36,596 bases of DNA from a virus (lineage: Duplodnaviria; Heunggongvirae; Uroviricota; Caudoviricetes): the IMG/VR virus record IMGVR_UViG_3300033074_000580, positions 287,270-323,865 of that record; one strand, given 5' to 3'. Each line of letters begins with the position of its first letter. Positions within the stretch are counted from its first letter, which is position 1. A program made the position numbers and the translations under genes. Under the pieces are notes generated by a model that was given only the letters and a program-made list of their open reading frames with translations, searched no databases and was not told the DNA's origin. Positions 36,142 through 36,596 of the stretch are shown piece after piece.

Positions 36142-36173
36142 AAAAAAATGGGGGAGAACACCACCTCTCCCCC
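36142..36173 (-). terminator. Intrinsic terminator
   Basis: Minus strand GGGGGAGA-GGTGGTGT-TCTCCCCC-ATTTTTTT. Confidence 0.8.
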
Positions 36174-36212
36174 TCACCAACTAAACGTTTATTTCTAAAC
36201 GTCCCGTCTATT
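36142..36212 (-). ncRNA. Candidate ~70-nt small RNA
   Basis: TATTTAT motif (36217-36223), then a GAAA-tetraloop hairpin, then a terminator, with no ORF in between. Confidence 0.4.
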
Positions 36213-36251
36213 TTTTATAAATATAACACAAAACACATCTATTAAAAAATA

Positions 36252-36596
36252 CTAGTTGCCGGATTTTTCTAACTTAGTCATATTAACGTATCCAATAACA
36301 CAAGTTGCAGCATCGGCCATATCGTAATTTTCCTTTTTAAGGTTACCTGTTTTACCATATAACCAATTAACTTCAGGACATACAGCATTTACGTGCTCCC
36401 AAATTACATGTTTCTTATCAATATCTTTTGGATATCCACCAAATAATACATTACGACCTTTGTCGTTTGGTCCAACTAAATCCGGAAACGCAAATTTTCT
36501 TGAATTATATGTTGATATGAATGTTGGCAAAATACCTAACACATCATAACAAGCCTTGAGAATCAATGTGTTGTAACGTAATAACGTTCCTATAGT
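36252..36596 (-). CDS. RuvC-like Holliday junction resolvase (5'-truncated by window edge)
   Basis: The frame is open to the window end (TIGTLLRYNTLILKAC...). C-terminal DKKHVIW...YDMADA pattern, next to the primase. Confidence 0.65.
   Translation of the reverse strand, partial: TIGTLLRYNTLILKACYDVLGILPTFISTYNSRKFAFPDLVGPNDKGRNVLFGGYPKDIDKKHVIWEHVNAVCPEVNWLYGKTGNLKKENYDMADAATCVIGYVNMTKLEKSGN

Noticed and set aside
36095-36251. tRNA in the intergenic region
   Set aside because: No cloverleaf or T-loop GTTC-RA motif, only two hairpins.

Overview
This is a 36.6-kb, AT-rich, densely coding segment, almost all on the minus strand, of a large tailed phage genome (jumbo/huge-phage type) read in the standard genetic code. 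The host is most likely a Bacteroidota species, judged from Bacteroidota-type sigma70, ClpP, NusG, an Hc1 histone-like protein and TAnnTTTG-like promoters. The left third (1-12332) holds five tail-fibre/virion adhesin genes. The middle holds glutaredoxin, thioredoxin, an AAA ATPase, NusG, two adenine MTases, putative head-internal proteins, a degenerate amidase, a membrane protein, a sigma factor, three envelope proteins and ClpP. The right end is a replication/recombination module (DEDDh exonuclease, SbcC/SbcD, PD-(D/E)xK nucleases, primase, RuvC-like). The most notable unannotated signals are: (1) a candidate -1 frameshift/slippage at A10 that extends the membrane protein by 97 aa; (2) no GATC found by eye in the whole window; (3) two promoter-like motif classes, TATTTAT and TATATT; (4) enzymes with capsid-targeting-like N-termini; (5) a triple-hairpin leader over a tail-fibre start codon; (6) a candidate ~70-nt small RNA; (7) a cysteine-free spanin-like trio rich in Bacteroidota O-glycosylation sequons. 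All family calls come from motif recognition by eye, not from database searches.
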